Part shown: piece by piece, positions 1 to 12,572 of the stretch | Position numbering within the stretch: position 1 is the first letter of the stretch | How the letters are laid out: each line of letters starts with the position of its first letter | Origin: Nemertoderma westbladi | Lineage: Eukaryota > Animalia > Xenacoelomorpha | Direction: 5' to 3' | Assembly: GCA_032718475.1 (NCBI GenBank) | Contig: JAUCBJ010006305.1 | Location: 1 to 64,000, forward strand | Length of the DNA: 64,000 nt | Notes under the pieces: model-generated | Told to the model about the DNA's origin: nothing | The model's database searches: none | What the model saw: only the letters and a program-made list of their open reading frames with translations | Position numbers and translations under genes: made by a program

Positions 1-771
1 GAGACCTACCACATAATACTGCAATATACTGATATACATACGTAACATTATTATCTTTACCATCTTTATTTTTTAAAATTAAACTTTTTATTATAATTCA
101 TGTTTTGTAGTCTGGGCGACCGCCCACCATATTCGCCAACCGTATTTCCCGATAGGCCTAGTTGCTCCGGACTACCGCCACTTGGACTTGAGTTGCAAAT
201 AAAGTTTATTAATTCCTTGGTACTTCGGCTACCGGTACCGTCTGTCATTGCTGCATTGTTCAATATCCGTTACATTGCATTAAACATAATTTGGCCCTTA
301 ACCAAACAAGCAGAAATTCAAATAAGTAGACCTAACGGCAACCGGTACTGAATTACTCCAACCAGTATATACGTCTAGGCTGCTAGGTGCAGAGATACTA
401 CTGTACTACAGTACTAAGCTGCTAAGTGAGCTTAATTTTAAAAAATAAAGATGGTAAAGATAATAATGTTACATATGTATATCAGTATATTGCAGTATTA
501 TGTGGTAGGTCTCTCTACATGTCATTGAACACAACTTTTGAACTACCGGTCAGCCGGTGCACAAAATACTGCAATCTACAGACATGCAGATGTGGGACTG
601 GTACCGGTACTGGTGAAAGCAGTGCAACATCAATGTTAGAAGAAGTAATCTTAATTTAGCGGCATCTTATACGCTATTTTATTTACAATGGATGAAATAA
701 CAATATTTATTTCAATATTTTATTTTCACTTGTCTGCATGGGTGGTTGTTTTTGCATTATCTTTCATTTGG

Positions 772-842
772 CGGTCCAGTTCGGTCCAGTTCGCCTCTCT
801 TTCGATCCAGTTCGGTTCAGTTCGGTCCAGTTCGGTCCAGAT
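772..842 (+). repeat. Short tandem repeat of about 10 bp (ggtccagttc)
   Basis: cggtccagtt-like units repeated about 6 times immediately left of the satellite array. Confidence 0.7.
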
Positions 843-857
843 TCGTGTAGAGTACTA

Positions 858-3800
858 TCCGTGGATTCTATATTCTTTTGAGTATTCCATTACATTTAGA
901 AAATATATTTGAAATCATTATAAGCAATTCACACCCTATACGGGACACAAACAGCCTATATGGGACAAAAACAACCTATTTGGGACAAATTGAAATTAAA
1001 GCTATAGCAGTGAATTCTATTTTCTTTTGAGTATTCCATGAGATTTAGAAACTATTTAAAATCATTTTGAGAAAGTCACACGCTATTTGGGACACAAACA
1101 CCCTATATGGGACATAAACACCCTATATGGGCCAAAACAATCTATTTGGGACAAATTGAAATTAAAGCTATGGTATTGAATTCTATATTCTTTTGAGTAT
1201 TCCCCTACATTTAGAAACTATTTGAAATCATTATAAGCAATACACACGCTATACGGGATACAAACACCCTATATGGGACACAAACACCCTACATGGGACA
1301 TAAACAACCTATTTGGGACAAATTAAAATTAAAGCTATGATAGTGGATTCTATATTATTTTGAGTATTCCATTACATTTAGAAAATATATTTGAAATCAT
1401 TATAAGCAATTCACACCCTATACGGGACACAAACAGCCTATATGGGACAAAAACAACCTATTTGGGACAAATTGAAATTAAAGCTATGGTATTGAATTCT
1501 ATATTCTTTTGAGTATTCCCCTACATTTAGAAACTATTTGAAATCATTATAAGCAATACACACGCTATACGGGAAACAAACACCCTATATGGGACACAAA
1601 CACCCTATATGGGACATAAACAACCTATTTGGGACAAATTTAAATTAAAGCTATGATAGTGGATTCTATATTATTTTGATTATTCCATTACATTTAGAAA
1701 ATATATTTGAAATCATTATAAGCAATTCACACCCTATACGGGACACAAACAGCCTATATGGGACAAAAACAACCTATTTGGGACAAATTGAAATTAAAGC
1801 TATAGCAGTGAATTCTATTTTCTTTTGAGTATTCCATGAGATTTAGAAACTATTTAAAATCATTTTGAGAAAGTCACACGCTATTTGGGACACAAACACC
1901 CTATATGGGACATAAACACCCTATATGGGCCAAAACAATCTATTTGGGACAAATTGAAATTAAAGCTATGGTATTGAATTCTATATTCTTTTGAGTATTC
2001 CCCTACATTTAGAAACTATTTGAAATCATTATAAGCAATACACACGCTATACGGGATACAAACACCCTATATGGGACACAAACACCCTACATGGGACATA
2101 AACAACCTATTTGGGACAAATTAAAATTAAAGCTATGATAGTGGATTCTATATTATTTTGAGTATTCCATTACATTTAGAAAATATATTTGAAATCATTA
2201 TAAGCAATTCACACCCTATACGGGACACAAACAGCCTATATGGGACAAAAACAACCTATTTGGGACAAATTGAAATTAAAGCTATGGTATTGAATTCTAT
2301 ATTCTTTTGAGTATTCCCCTACATTTAGAAACTATTTGAAATCATTATAAGCAATACACACGCTATACGGGACACAAACACCCTATATGGGACACAAACA
2401 CCCTATATGGGACATAAACAACCTATTTGGGACAAATTTAAATTAAAGCTATGATAGTGGATTCTATATTATTTTGATTATTCCATTACATTTAGAAAAT
2501 ATATTTGAAATCATTATAAGCAATTCACTCCCTATACGGGACACAAACAGCCTATATGGGACAAAAACAACCTATTTGGGACAAATAGAAATTAAAGCTA
2601 TAGCAGTGAATTCTATTTTCTTTTGAGTATTCCATGAGATTTAGAAACTATTTAAAATCATTTTAAGAAAGTCACACGCTATTTGGGACACAAACACCCT
2701 ATACGGGACATAAACACCCTATATGGGCCAAAAACAACCTATTTGGGACAAATTGAAATTAAAGCTATGATATTGAATTCTATATTCTTTTGAGTATTCC
2801 CCTACATTTAGAAACTATTTGAAATCATTATAAGCAATACACACGCTATACAGGGCACAAACACCCTATATGGGACACAAACACCCTATATGGGACATAA
2901 ACAACCTATTTGGGACAAATTTAAATTAAAGCTATGATAGTGGATTATATATTCTTTTGAGTATTCCATTACATTTAGAAAATATATTTGAAATCATTAT
3001 AATCAATTCACACCCTATACGGGACACAAACAGCCTATATGGGACAAAAACAACCTATTTGGGACAAATTGAAATTAAAGCTATAGTAGTGAATTCTATA
3101 TTCTTTTGAGTATTCCATGAGATTTAGAAACTATTTAAAATTATTTTGAGAAAGTCACACGCTATTTGGGACACAAACACCCTATACGGGACATAAACAC
3201 CCTATATGGGCCAAAAACAACCTATTTGGGACAAATTGAAATTAAAGCTATGGTATTGAATTCTATATTCTTTTAAGTATTCCCCTACATTTAGAAACTA
3301 TTTGAAATCATTATAAGCAATACACACGCTATACGGGACACAAACACCCTATATGGGACACAAACACCCTATATGGGACACAAACACCCTATATGGGACA
3401 TAAACAACCTATTTGGGACAAATTTAAATTAAAGCTATGATAGTGGATTCTATATTCTTTTGAGTATTCCATTACATTTAGAAAATATATTTGAAATCAT
3501 TATAAGCAATTCACACCCTATACGGGACACAAACAGCCTATATGGGACAAAAACAACCTATTTGGGACAAATTGAAATTAAAGCTATAGTAGTGAATTCT
3601 ATATTCTTTTGAGTATTCCATGAGATTTAGAAACTATTTAAAATCATTTTGAGAAAGTCACACGCTATTTGGGACACAAACACCCTATACGGGACATAAA
3701 CACCCTATATGGAAAAAACAACCTATTTGGGACAAATTGAAATTAAAGATATGATAGTGAATTCTATATTATATTTATTATTCCATAACATTTAGAAACT

Positions 3801-4715
3801 ACTTGAAATTATTATAAGCAATTCACACCCTATACGGGACAGAAACACCCTATATGGGACAAAAACAACCTATTTGGGACAAATTTAAATTAAAGCTATG
3901 ATAGTGAATTATATTTGCTTTTGACTATTCCATTATATTTATAAACCATGTAAAATAATTTTGAGAAAGTCACACGCAATTTGGGACACAAACACCCTAT
4001 ATGGGACACAAACACCCTATATGGGACATAAACAACCTATTTGGGACAAATTTAAATTAAAGCTATGATAGTGGATTCTATATTCTTTTGAGTATTCCGT
4101 TACATTTAGAAAATATATTTGAAATCATTATAAGCAATTCACACCCTATACGGGACACAAACACCCTATATGGGACACAAACAACCTATTTGGGACAAAT
4201 TTAAATGAAAGCTATGATAGTGAATGCTATATTCTTTTGAGTATTCCATTACATTTCGAAACTATTTGAAATCATTATAAGCACTTCACACCATATACTG
4301 GACACAAACACCCTATATGGGACACAAACAACCTATTTGGGACAAATTTAAATTAAAGCTATGATAGTGGATTCTATTTTCTTTTGAGTATTTCCATCAT
4401 ATTTATAAACTATGTAAAATCATTTTGAGAAAGTTACATGCTATTTGGTACAAAAACACCTTGTGTGGGACACAAACACCCTATATGGGACATAAACAAC
4501 CTATTTGGGACAAATTGGAATTAAAGCTATGATTATGAAGTCGATATTCTTTTCAGTATTCCTTTACATTTATAAACTATTTGAAATAATTTTGATAAAG
4601 CTACAGGCTATTTCGGACAAAATCAACCTATATGGGACACAAACACCCTATATGGGACACTAACAACCTATTTGAGTCAAATTTAAGACTTATTAAGGAC
4701 TATTTGGGATGAAGT
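858..4715. repeat. Satellite array, 149/166/167-bp monomers with higher-order structure and a 20-bp internal subrepeat
   Basis: The anchor aattaaagcta recurs with gcta at 1001, 1167, 1334, 1483, 1650, 1799, 1965 and onward. Three monomer types (ccattac, ccatgag, cccctac) run ABCAC-ABCAC-ABC-ABC. Internal subrepeat gggacacaaacaccctatat. The array degenerates toward the right end. Confidence 0.95.
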
Positions 4716-4799
4716 TGTGTCCGGGGGAGGAGGTTGCGATATCACTAATTTGATTGTCATTTAATTATTAATATACGAATGTATTTAGATTTATTATAA

Positions 4800-4910
4800 G
4801 TGAATAAATTGCACCACATGAATAAATTGCACAATGAATAAATTGCACAATGAATAAATTGCACAACATGAATAAATTGCACAATATGAATAAATTGTAC
4901 AACATGAAAT
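4800..4910 (+). repeat. Minisatellite, 16-19 bp unit atgaataaattgcaca(ac)
   Basis: About 6 tandem copies read directly. Confidence 0.9.
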
Positions 4911-7900
4911 TAAATAACGTGACTATGATGACACTATAGCCTATAATGCATCACAGTCTTACAGGCCATTTGCAAGGCACCCACAGTATATCTTTAACCA
5001 TAACTAGGGAACAAGTATTCCAAATGCCCTTAATTAGAATGGGAATTTCCACTGTACATATACCTCAACCTGCTCTTGTCCCAAATACGTTGCTCTGTCC
5101 AGTATAGGTTGTTATAATGAGCCCTGGATTCGTAGTTGACACTTGGATTATATATCAGTGGAATTTTCCATTAACCTTTACATTATATAGCCAATAAGGG
5201 AGATGCCTAACTTGAGGAATGTTGGTATTGGTCCGATGAAGAGGAGTTGGCTCATATGATGATTTGATTGGATGCCCCTATATTGGACAGGTTGGAAATC
5301 ATTACACAACGTATTTGGGACAGGTAGGAATAATAGAAAGCCCCATAGAAGTGAAGGGAAACACCCTATTCTGGACAATGATGTAGATACTATTGGATAA
5401 ATCATTATCAAAACACATAAAATTTATCTATATTATAATGCGTTTTTCTTGTTGATTTTTGAGACTTGAATGTATTATGGTTATACTTATCATAACTGAT
5501 ATATTTCAGAATCATGTACTTCAAGTGGTCCTATGAATTTTATTTTGAGGTCATTCGATTCACCATGGTCGATTTAGTGGGGTGTCCCAAATTTCTGACA
5601 TGGTTCAGCAGTAAAACTTGAGTTATGCCTTACTTATTATTAAGGGTAAGATTTTCTTTTAGCGGTAATCGCGGTATGATATTGTACTCAATAAGTCGAG
5701 GCATCAACTAATAATGTTTATAAATCATCACAACTCGACAAGGGTAAGCAAGCAGTGAGCAATTTTGAAGTAATTTACAATGACAGAGTTACTGACAGGG
5801 CTGCACAATAGTAATTGTTGCCAAAAATGGCAATCATTATTTTTCTTTAATTCTAATGGTTGCCAAAAATGGCAATAATTATTTTAGGCACATTTCGGCC
5901 TATTGCTAAGAGAAATTCAGACGATGATTTTTTTCTTATACGGTCAGACGGTCAATTATATTTAAATTTCGCGCTCTTTTCACTTAACTATTTACCAAAA
6001 TGCAATTAATTGCTTCTGGGCGTGCGAAAATTAGAAAAACCAAAAGTTGCCAGATTTGGCAATAAACATTGCCATATGTGGCAACTTTTGAGGTTGCCAG
6101 ATTTGGCCATTGTACCTAACTGTAGGTGCAGGAGCTCCGGCAAAAAGTATTTGTGCTGCACGATGCATAGCTACATGGATAGGCAAGGCAAACATACAGC
6201 CAGACACTGGACGTCCCTCTGCGAACTGATCATCGTCTACTGGCAAACTGTACTGCCGACTGTATTAGGGTATGGCCGTAGGCTAAACACTGTAGGCCTA
6301 TCTGCCTATTGCTGTTGCATTGTCCTGTTGTCTGACTGTAGGCCTATGAGTCTGACAGTCTTCCACTTACTGACTTACCCAAGACTACAAGACCTAACCT
6401 TAATTCTGTAATTGCTATTGCTACCAGTACCGGTACTGCAGTAACAGAATTAGTTCCATTCCAATCCTGTCTGCCAGTTAGCTAGTACATCGGCCAGGCT
6501 GTCCAGCTGTCAGGCAGTACCCGAATGACCGTATATATAATATAGATTATATCTGTATATTACTGTATTACCGGTATATCAGTAGATTATAGTAGATTAT
6601 ATCAATTATATCAGTATATACAGGTATAGGTCTGTCAGTCTGTAGATCAATGCTATTAGGCCTACTACCGTACTAGATAGACAGATAGATATCCGTTAAT
6701 TGATTATGTAAAGCAGTAAAGAGCCCCCCCCCCCCCCCCCCCCCGGTCCGGTCCGGTCCGGCCCTGGCAGCCCGGCTCAGGCACTTTTAGGTTGCTCCAT
6801 TCCGGTACACGGCTCTGGCAAAAAAAATTGCTCCGGTGAACCCTAACGGGTATACCGGTCAGCCGGTCGATTCCTACAGCTGTACGGCAGTAGGCCTACC
6901 AGCCTACACATTACACAATGCTGCAATGTATGAATCTAAACATTTCCGAATAGCTAAACCATACTGCAGTACTGATCAGTTGATAGGGCCTACCGTATTA
7001 GTAAACGACCGGGTCGAACATTTTGAAGGGTCCGGTTCCGGGTCAGTCTCAAAAAGGCTGGGTCCGGGTCCGGTATCAAAAATAATACAAATAAAAAAAA
7101 ATCGAAAAAAATGATTAATCAAAAGAAAAAAAATCGAAAAGTGATATACTGATATAAAAGAATGAGAGCTAAGATGCTGATGTAGGTCTAAACTAAGTAA
7201 GGCTTTATGATTCTGGATGACTAGTCAAAATACTAGACGGCTAGACCAGTAGACAGACAGTCAGACACGTTCGTGGGGCTTTCGCGCAGCACGAGAGTAC
7301 AGTATACTAATCTCTATTAGATATACGAAAACTGTCTTTCCTAAAATATATATGAGTGAAGGCGATGCTATCAGTTTGTGATAAACTAGCTGTAAAAATA
7401 GAGATCCATTTCAGTTTGCCCTTACACACTTTAACTGTTATTTGTAAACCTTCTAACTATGGCTATTTAAGTTAGTATGACATTTTTAGTTTTACAATAC
7501 TCTTCTCCTTCTATAGCCTCGTTCTGCGCGTCCTGTGTTGAGGAGTCGGTTCGGGGAAGTTAGTAGTCAAAAAATTAATTATTGTAAACTAACTAAAATC
7601 TGTATATTCCGACAAACCTACAGTAGTAATATAATTTAATCCAAACCACACAAACTAATTACAAAAGAATGAATATTGAGTCTAATACATAGAGTTTATA
7701 TCAGTACATTGATTACGTAAAATACTTAGGTCAAACAGGTTACACATGGCAATGGTTTAAATGATGACACAATTAATTACGTAATTAATTACAATAAAGT
7801 GTTAAACCTGCAGTGATTATCAGATTGCAGTCAACGTCAAAATAAGCAATAAATCAAAACAAGAACTTTGCAATATCACAATAAATTAATTTGTAGTATC

Positions 7901-8643
7901 CACGACAATTCCAGGTTGGAATTTATGTAGAGTTTGCTCAACATGTGTGGCGCGGATTAAGGATCCTGGCGCATAGTGACAGGGGCGTGTGGCGCGCATT
8001 GAGGATCCTGGTGGTCCTGGCGCGAATATGGATGTAGGGTTAGGGTATGGTAGGACAGTAGGATGTAGCGTAGCAGTGCACTGCTGCACTGGCAACATAT
8101 CCCACTCTACAGCTCTATTTGAAATTATTCCATAGGTTTAAAAAGATTGATTGAAAAATGTCCGCTCACTTTGCTCGCGTTTATACTATTGACCTAAGCC
8201 TACTCTTATCACTGTCTGGCTGTGGACAAATGGAAACGGACAGATTGAGCATGACCATTATGCATTAAAAACATGACTTGTTTCAAAAGTTTTTCTATTG
8301 TCAGATTCTTCAAAACAATAAAACCATGACAGCTTGCATGATTCAGCAGAATTTCCGTGCTCGCTACGCTCGCCAGCTCACAATTTAATGACACCTGTAT
8401 TTGAAAACAGTCGGTTTGCCTACTTTAAATTCTGAAATGTTAAAATTTTCGTGCTCGTTACGCTCGCATCTTGATCACATCTACATTTAAAAACAGTCAG
8501 TTGACGTTGACCTACTACTACTACTACAGCAGTACAGTACTATCTGACTATTACTGTCAGATGTATTTATGTTAACATAATTGGAAAATTTCCTTGCTCG
8601 CTACGCTTGCATTTTAATGTTAAAATACTGTAGGGCTACACAG

Positions 8644-8830
8644 CATTATAAACTGATAAATTATTACAATTCAGCAATTACTGCAAAATTTCATAGTCAA
8701 TTGTGGGCTTGGCGCGCCTTGAATATCATGGCTGGCCATTATAAACTGATAGATTATTACAATTCAGCAATTACTGCAAAATTTCATAGTCAATTGTTGG
8801 CTTATGGCGCGCATTGGATATCATGGCTGG
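8644..8830 (+). repeat. Tandem duplication of about 93 bp
   Basis: cattataaactgata...ttcagcaattactgcaaaatttcatagtcaattgt...atatcatggctgg occurs twice head-to-tail. Confidence 0.85.
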
Positions 8831-9524
8831 TGCGATTTTCGTTTAACCAGAACGCATGTGGCGCGCTTTTTTTCAGTATTCCATATAGGCACGACATCCT
8901 GTTTTGACTTAAAATAATTTCCCTAAACGGAGACTAACGACCTTTGTAACTGTGCAAAGTCTCGAAACTGTGAGAGTAACTGCTGATTTATGGCAGATGG
9001 ATACTCGTATCCACTGTAAACTCGTTGCGTTAGTTCGTTTTTGGCCAAACTTGAGATTCTTTCTCAAGGGGGTACGTTTATTCGAGGAGGGCGTTTAAGT
9101 TGCTAATTGGATAGGGGTGTATTTGAGGGGTGCGCTTATTACAGACAGGGTGCTTATTCGAGTAAATAAGGTAATTTAATTTGTGTGGGCTAATTAAAAT
9201 TTTATGAAAATGATGTACATTTTTTTAATTGCATCAAATATCTTTCCACCTTTTTTTATTGCTAAAAATCTCCTTGTGAGGGCAGACAATAGTACCCTGA
9301 ACTGGTACCTGAATAATTCAGAAGTTCTGTCAGTCTTGTACCTTGATCTTAACCTCAATCTTAATCTTATTGTTTATAGAAATAGAGCATTGAATATAAA
9401 TTATGATATAAATTTATATATATAAATACAAATATACCTTGCTAATATAGATAGCTTGACATACCTTAAACTACTGCCACCTGCCTATTTAATTTATTGA
9501 TTAATATTTATTGAAGATTTGATA

Positions 9525-11480
9525 ATGGATCAACATATTAATTTATTGAAAGAGAAATCATCTGGCGCCGATATAGTTATAAAGAGAGAACAAACAAACT
9601 GTATAATTATAAAGGAAGAACCAACAGACTCCACCCCCTATTCTCTTGATGTTAAACAAGAAAACTACGTTTACGGATCATCTGCATCTCCCATCGAAGA
9701 TCACAACAATTTGTTCGGTAGAATAGATGTTGTCCCTGTACTAGATGACGAAGATATTTCCTATGAACCATCTGGAGATTCTTTTATTGTTGAAAAACGG
9801 GAAAACGACGGCCCAGACTGTTCGTATGGTAGGCCTATTGAAACTGAAGGTACAGAACAGACAATGAGTTGTGCAACAACAGCGTCCGGTAGTTCTAATG
9901 AAACTGTTGTGGAGTTGGTATCTTCTTCAGATACCAGTTCCTGTTTGCATTGCAATGAATTATTTAATGACAAAGGAAATTTAGAGAGACATATAGAATC
10001 CGTTTATAAAGACGTCAAGAATAAGTATAAATGCGAGTATTGTGAGAAACTGTTTAAATGGAATAATGCTTTAAAGAGGCATGTTGACTCTATCCATAAA
10101 GGTATAAAATATAATGGCAGTTATTGTCATAAAGAATTCAGTCAGCAAAGGAATCTAAACACCCGCATTAACTTTGCCAACAAAGGTATCATCAAATATA
10201 GCTGCTCCGATTGTGGAAAATCATTTTCTACAAAAGCCAAACTAAAAGGACATGTCGACTTTATACATAAAGATATCAAATATAAGTGCGATTATTGTAA
10301 TAAAGAATTCAGCCAGAAAGGGCGTCTAAACACCCATGTGAACTACTTTCATAAAGATATAAAGTACAACTGTTTTCATTGTGGAAAATCATTTGCTACA
10401 AAAGCCGTACTAAAACTACATGTCGACTCTATACATAAAGATATCAAACATAAGTGCGGTTATTGTAATAAAGAATTCAGCTATCAAATGAATCTAAACA
10501 TCCACATTGACTTTGCCCACAAAGGTATCATCAAGTATAGCTGCTCTGATTGTGGAAATTCATTTGCTAGAAAAGCCGAACTAAAACGACATGCCGACTC
10601 TGTCCATAAACATATCAAACATAAGTGCGGTTGTTGTCATAAAGAATTCAGTTACAAACACCACCTAAAACTACATGTCGACTTTATACATAAAGATATC
10701 AAGTACAACTGTTTTCATTGTGGAAAATCATTTGCTACAAAAGCCGACCTAAAACAACATGTCGACTCTATACATCAAGATATTAAATATAAGTGCGGTT
10801 ATTGTAATAAAGAATTCAGCCAGAAGGGGAGTCTAAACACCCATGTGAACTACTTTCATAAAGATATCAAGTACAACTGTTTTCATTGTGGAAAATCATT
10901 TGCTAGAAAAGACAAACTAAAACAACATGTCAACTCTATACATAAAGATATCAAACCTAAGTGCGGTTATTGTAATAAAGAATTCAGCCAGAAAGTGAAT
11001 CTAAACACCCATGTGAACTACTTTCATAAAGATATCAAGTACAACTGTTTTCATTGTGGAAAATCATTTGCTAGAAAAGCCACACTAAAACAACATGTCG
11101 ACTCTATACATAAAGATATCAAATATAAGTGCGGTTATTGTAATAAAGAATTCAGCCAGAAGGGGAGTCTAAACATCCACGTTAACTTTGCCCACAAAGG
11201 TATCATCAAGTATAGCTGCTCCGATTGTGGAAAATCATTTGCCAAAAAAGACAAACTAAAACTACATGTCGACTCAATGCATAAACATATCAAACATAAG
11301 TGCGGTTATTGTAATAAAGAATTCCGTTACAAAGGTGAACTAAAACGACATGTGGACTCTATACATAAGGATATCAAACATAAGTGCGGTTATTGTCATA
11401 AAGAATTCAGTCGGCAAGCCTACCTAAACACCCATGTCAATTCTGTTCATAAATCTCCTCTCTTCTCAAGTTACCGGTAA
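9525..11480 (+). CDS. C2H2 zinc-finger array protein (18 finger units, 16 intact); may be a terminal exon
   Basis: Repeated C-x2-C-x12-H-x4-H units with KDIKY/KGIIKY linkers. Acidic N-terminal region with IKEE/VKQE motifs. First ATG at 9525; a possible splice acceptor lies near 9516; AATAAA near 11564. Confidence 0.92.
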   Translation: MDQHINLLKEKSSGADIVIKREQTNCIIIKEEPTDSTPYSLDVKQENYVYGSSASPIEDHNNLFGRIDVVPVLDDEDISYEPSGDSFIVEKRENDGPDCSYGRPIETEGTEQTMSCATTASGSSNETVVELVSSSDTSSCLHCNELFNDKGNLERHIESVYKDVKNKYKCEYCEKLFKWNNALKRHVDSIHKGIKYNGSYCHKEFSQQRNLNTRINFANKGIIKYSCSDCGKSFSTKAKLKGHVDFIHKDIKYKCDYCNKEFSQKGRLNTHVNYFHKDIKYNCFHCGKSFATKAVLKLHVDSIHKDIKHKCGYCNKEFSYQMNLNIHIDFAHKGIIKYSCSDCGNSFARKAELKRHADSVHKHIKHKCGCCHKEFSYKHHLKLHVDFIHKDIKYNCFHCGKSFATKADLKQHVDSIHQDIKYKCGYCNKEFSQKGSLNTHVNYFHKDIKYNCFHCGKSFARKDKLKQHVNSIHKDIKPKCGYCNKEFSQKVNLNTHVNYFHKDIKYNCFHCGKSFARKATLKQHVDSIHKDIKYKCGYCNKEFSQKGSLNIHVNFAHKGIIKYSCSDCGKSFAKKDKLKLHVDSMHKHIKHKCGYCNKEFRYKGELKRHVDSIHKDIKHKCGYCHKEFSRQAYLNTHVNSVHKSPLFSSYR

Positions 11481-12572
11481 CCAAATTGTTGTATTTGTAC
11501 TGAACTATATTTGTATCTAATCATTATCGGAAAGATGTTTCTTTTAGAGTGAATTAAATATAAAATAAATAGGTGATTGTTAATTTTTAATAGACTACAG
11601 TCATTACTAGGTTTATTTCACCGACATCCCCTAGAACAGAGACATATATAACTTTTCAAAAATTTGAGTGGTTCAAGTGGTTCTAATACATTGATTATCA
11701 GGTTATTAATGTTTTCATTGTAATGCAACATAAACCAAAGCAATTAATGAACCAAAGTGAAACTTATAAATTAGTCACATGTCGAGTCTTATACGCTAAA
11801 TTTCCCATCGCTTAATCGTTTTTCTCAATTTATTGTTTATAAATGGTCTCCTAACTTCATATTGTTATTATATATTTCTATTTTTTTTTTGACTAACGTA
11901 CCTAAATGGTTAACCATGTATATATCATAAAATTTTAATAAATTCAATTTAATTTAATTTTTCTTGAAATTTAAAAAGTACGGTGTTTTTTTATTTTTTG
12001 TTATTGGTAAGTGTTCTAGAACATTATTATATTTTTTTTGTAGTTAGTGTTTTTTTAGAAGACCGTCAGGGCTTCTTGCTGTCAAAAAAAAAGTCTGTGT
12101 GTTTGTCTGTATGTATGTTTGTTTGTACATGTACACATTGATATTGGCTTGGAAGGGTAAGAAGTGCTCTTCTTCATGGCCAACTATACAAAGAAATGTA
12201 TCGAATATTTGGGTTCTTATTTCGGTTATTAATTATTTAAGCGGGTAAAATTAAGCTCATGTTGAGTAAAAAAAGCACAGGTCGATTCGCCGTGTCCCAT
12301 TCTCACAAAGATTTTATTATATTCGAGTGTTTATATAAAGATGTATGATTATTTATTGATTGAAAATAAAATAGTGTATAAATATGTAATATTCCCTCAC
12401 GCAGCCTGAACTTTGCCTATGGTAGCGAATGGGGAAGGATTTTCTCTGTATCATAGCAACGTTGTATAATTATTTAACTCTGGCTAGCTGGGAAGACAGG
12501 TAGCAAGCCACAAGTCAACACATTCAAACATTGGGCATTATGTTTTGACAGAATACCCGTCATCGTACCGCA

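Noticed and set aside
858-4715. CRISPR-like or coding repeat
   Set aside because: The sequences between the 20-bp subrepeats are themselves repeated and stop-rich; this is a satellite.
6725-6745. Poly-C/poly-G runs (also near 16935, 22795, 25010, 37210, 43016) as G-quadruplex elements
   Set aside because: Homopolymer runs are common here and their lengths are error-prone; no specific evidence of function.
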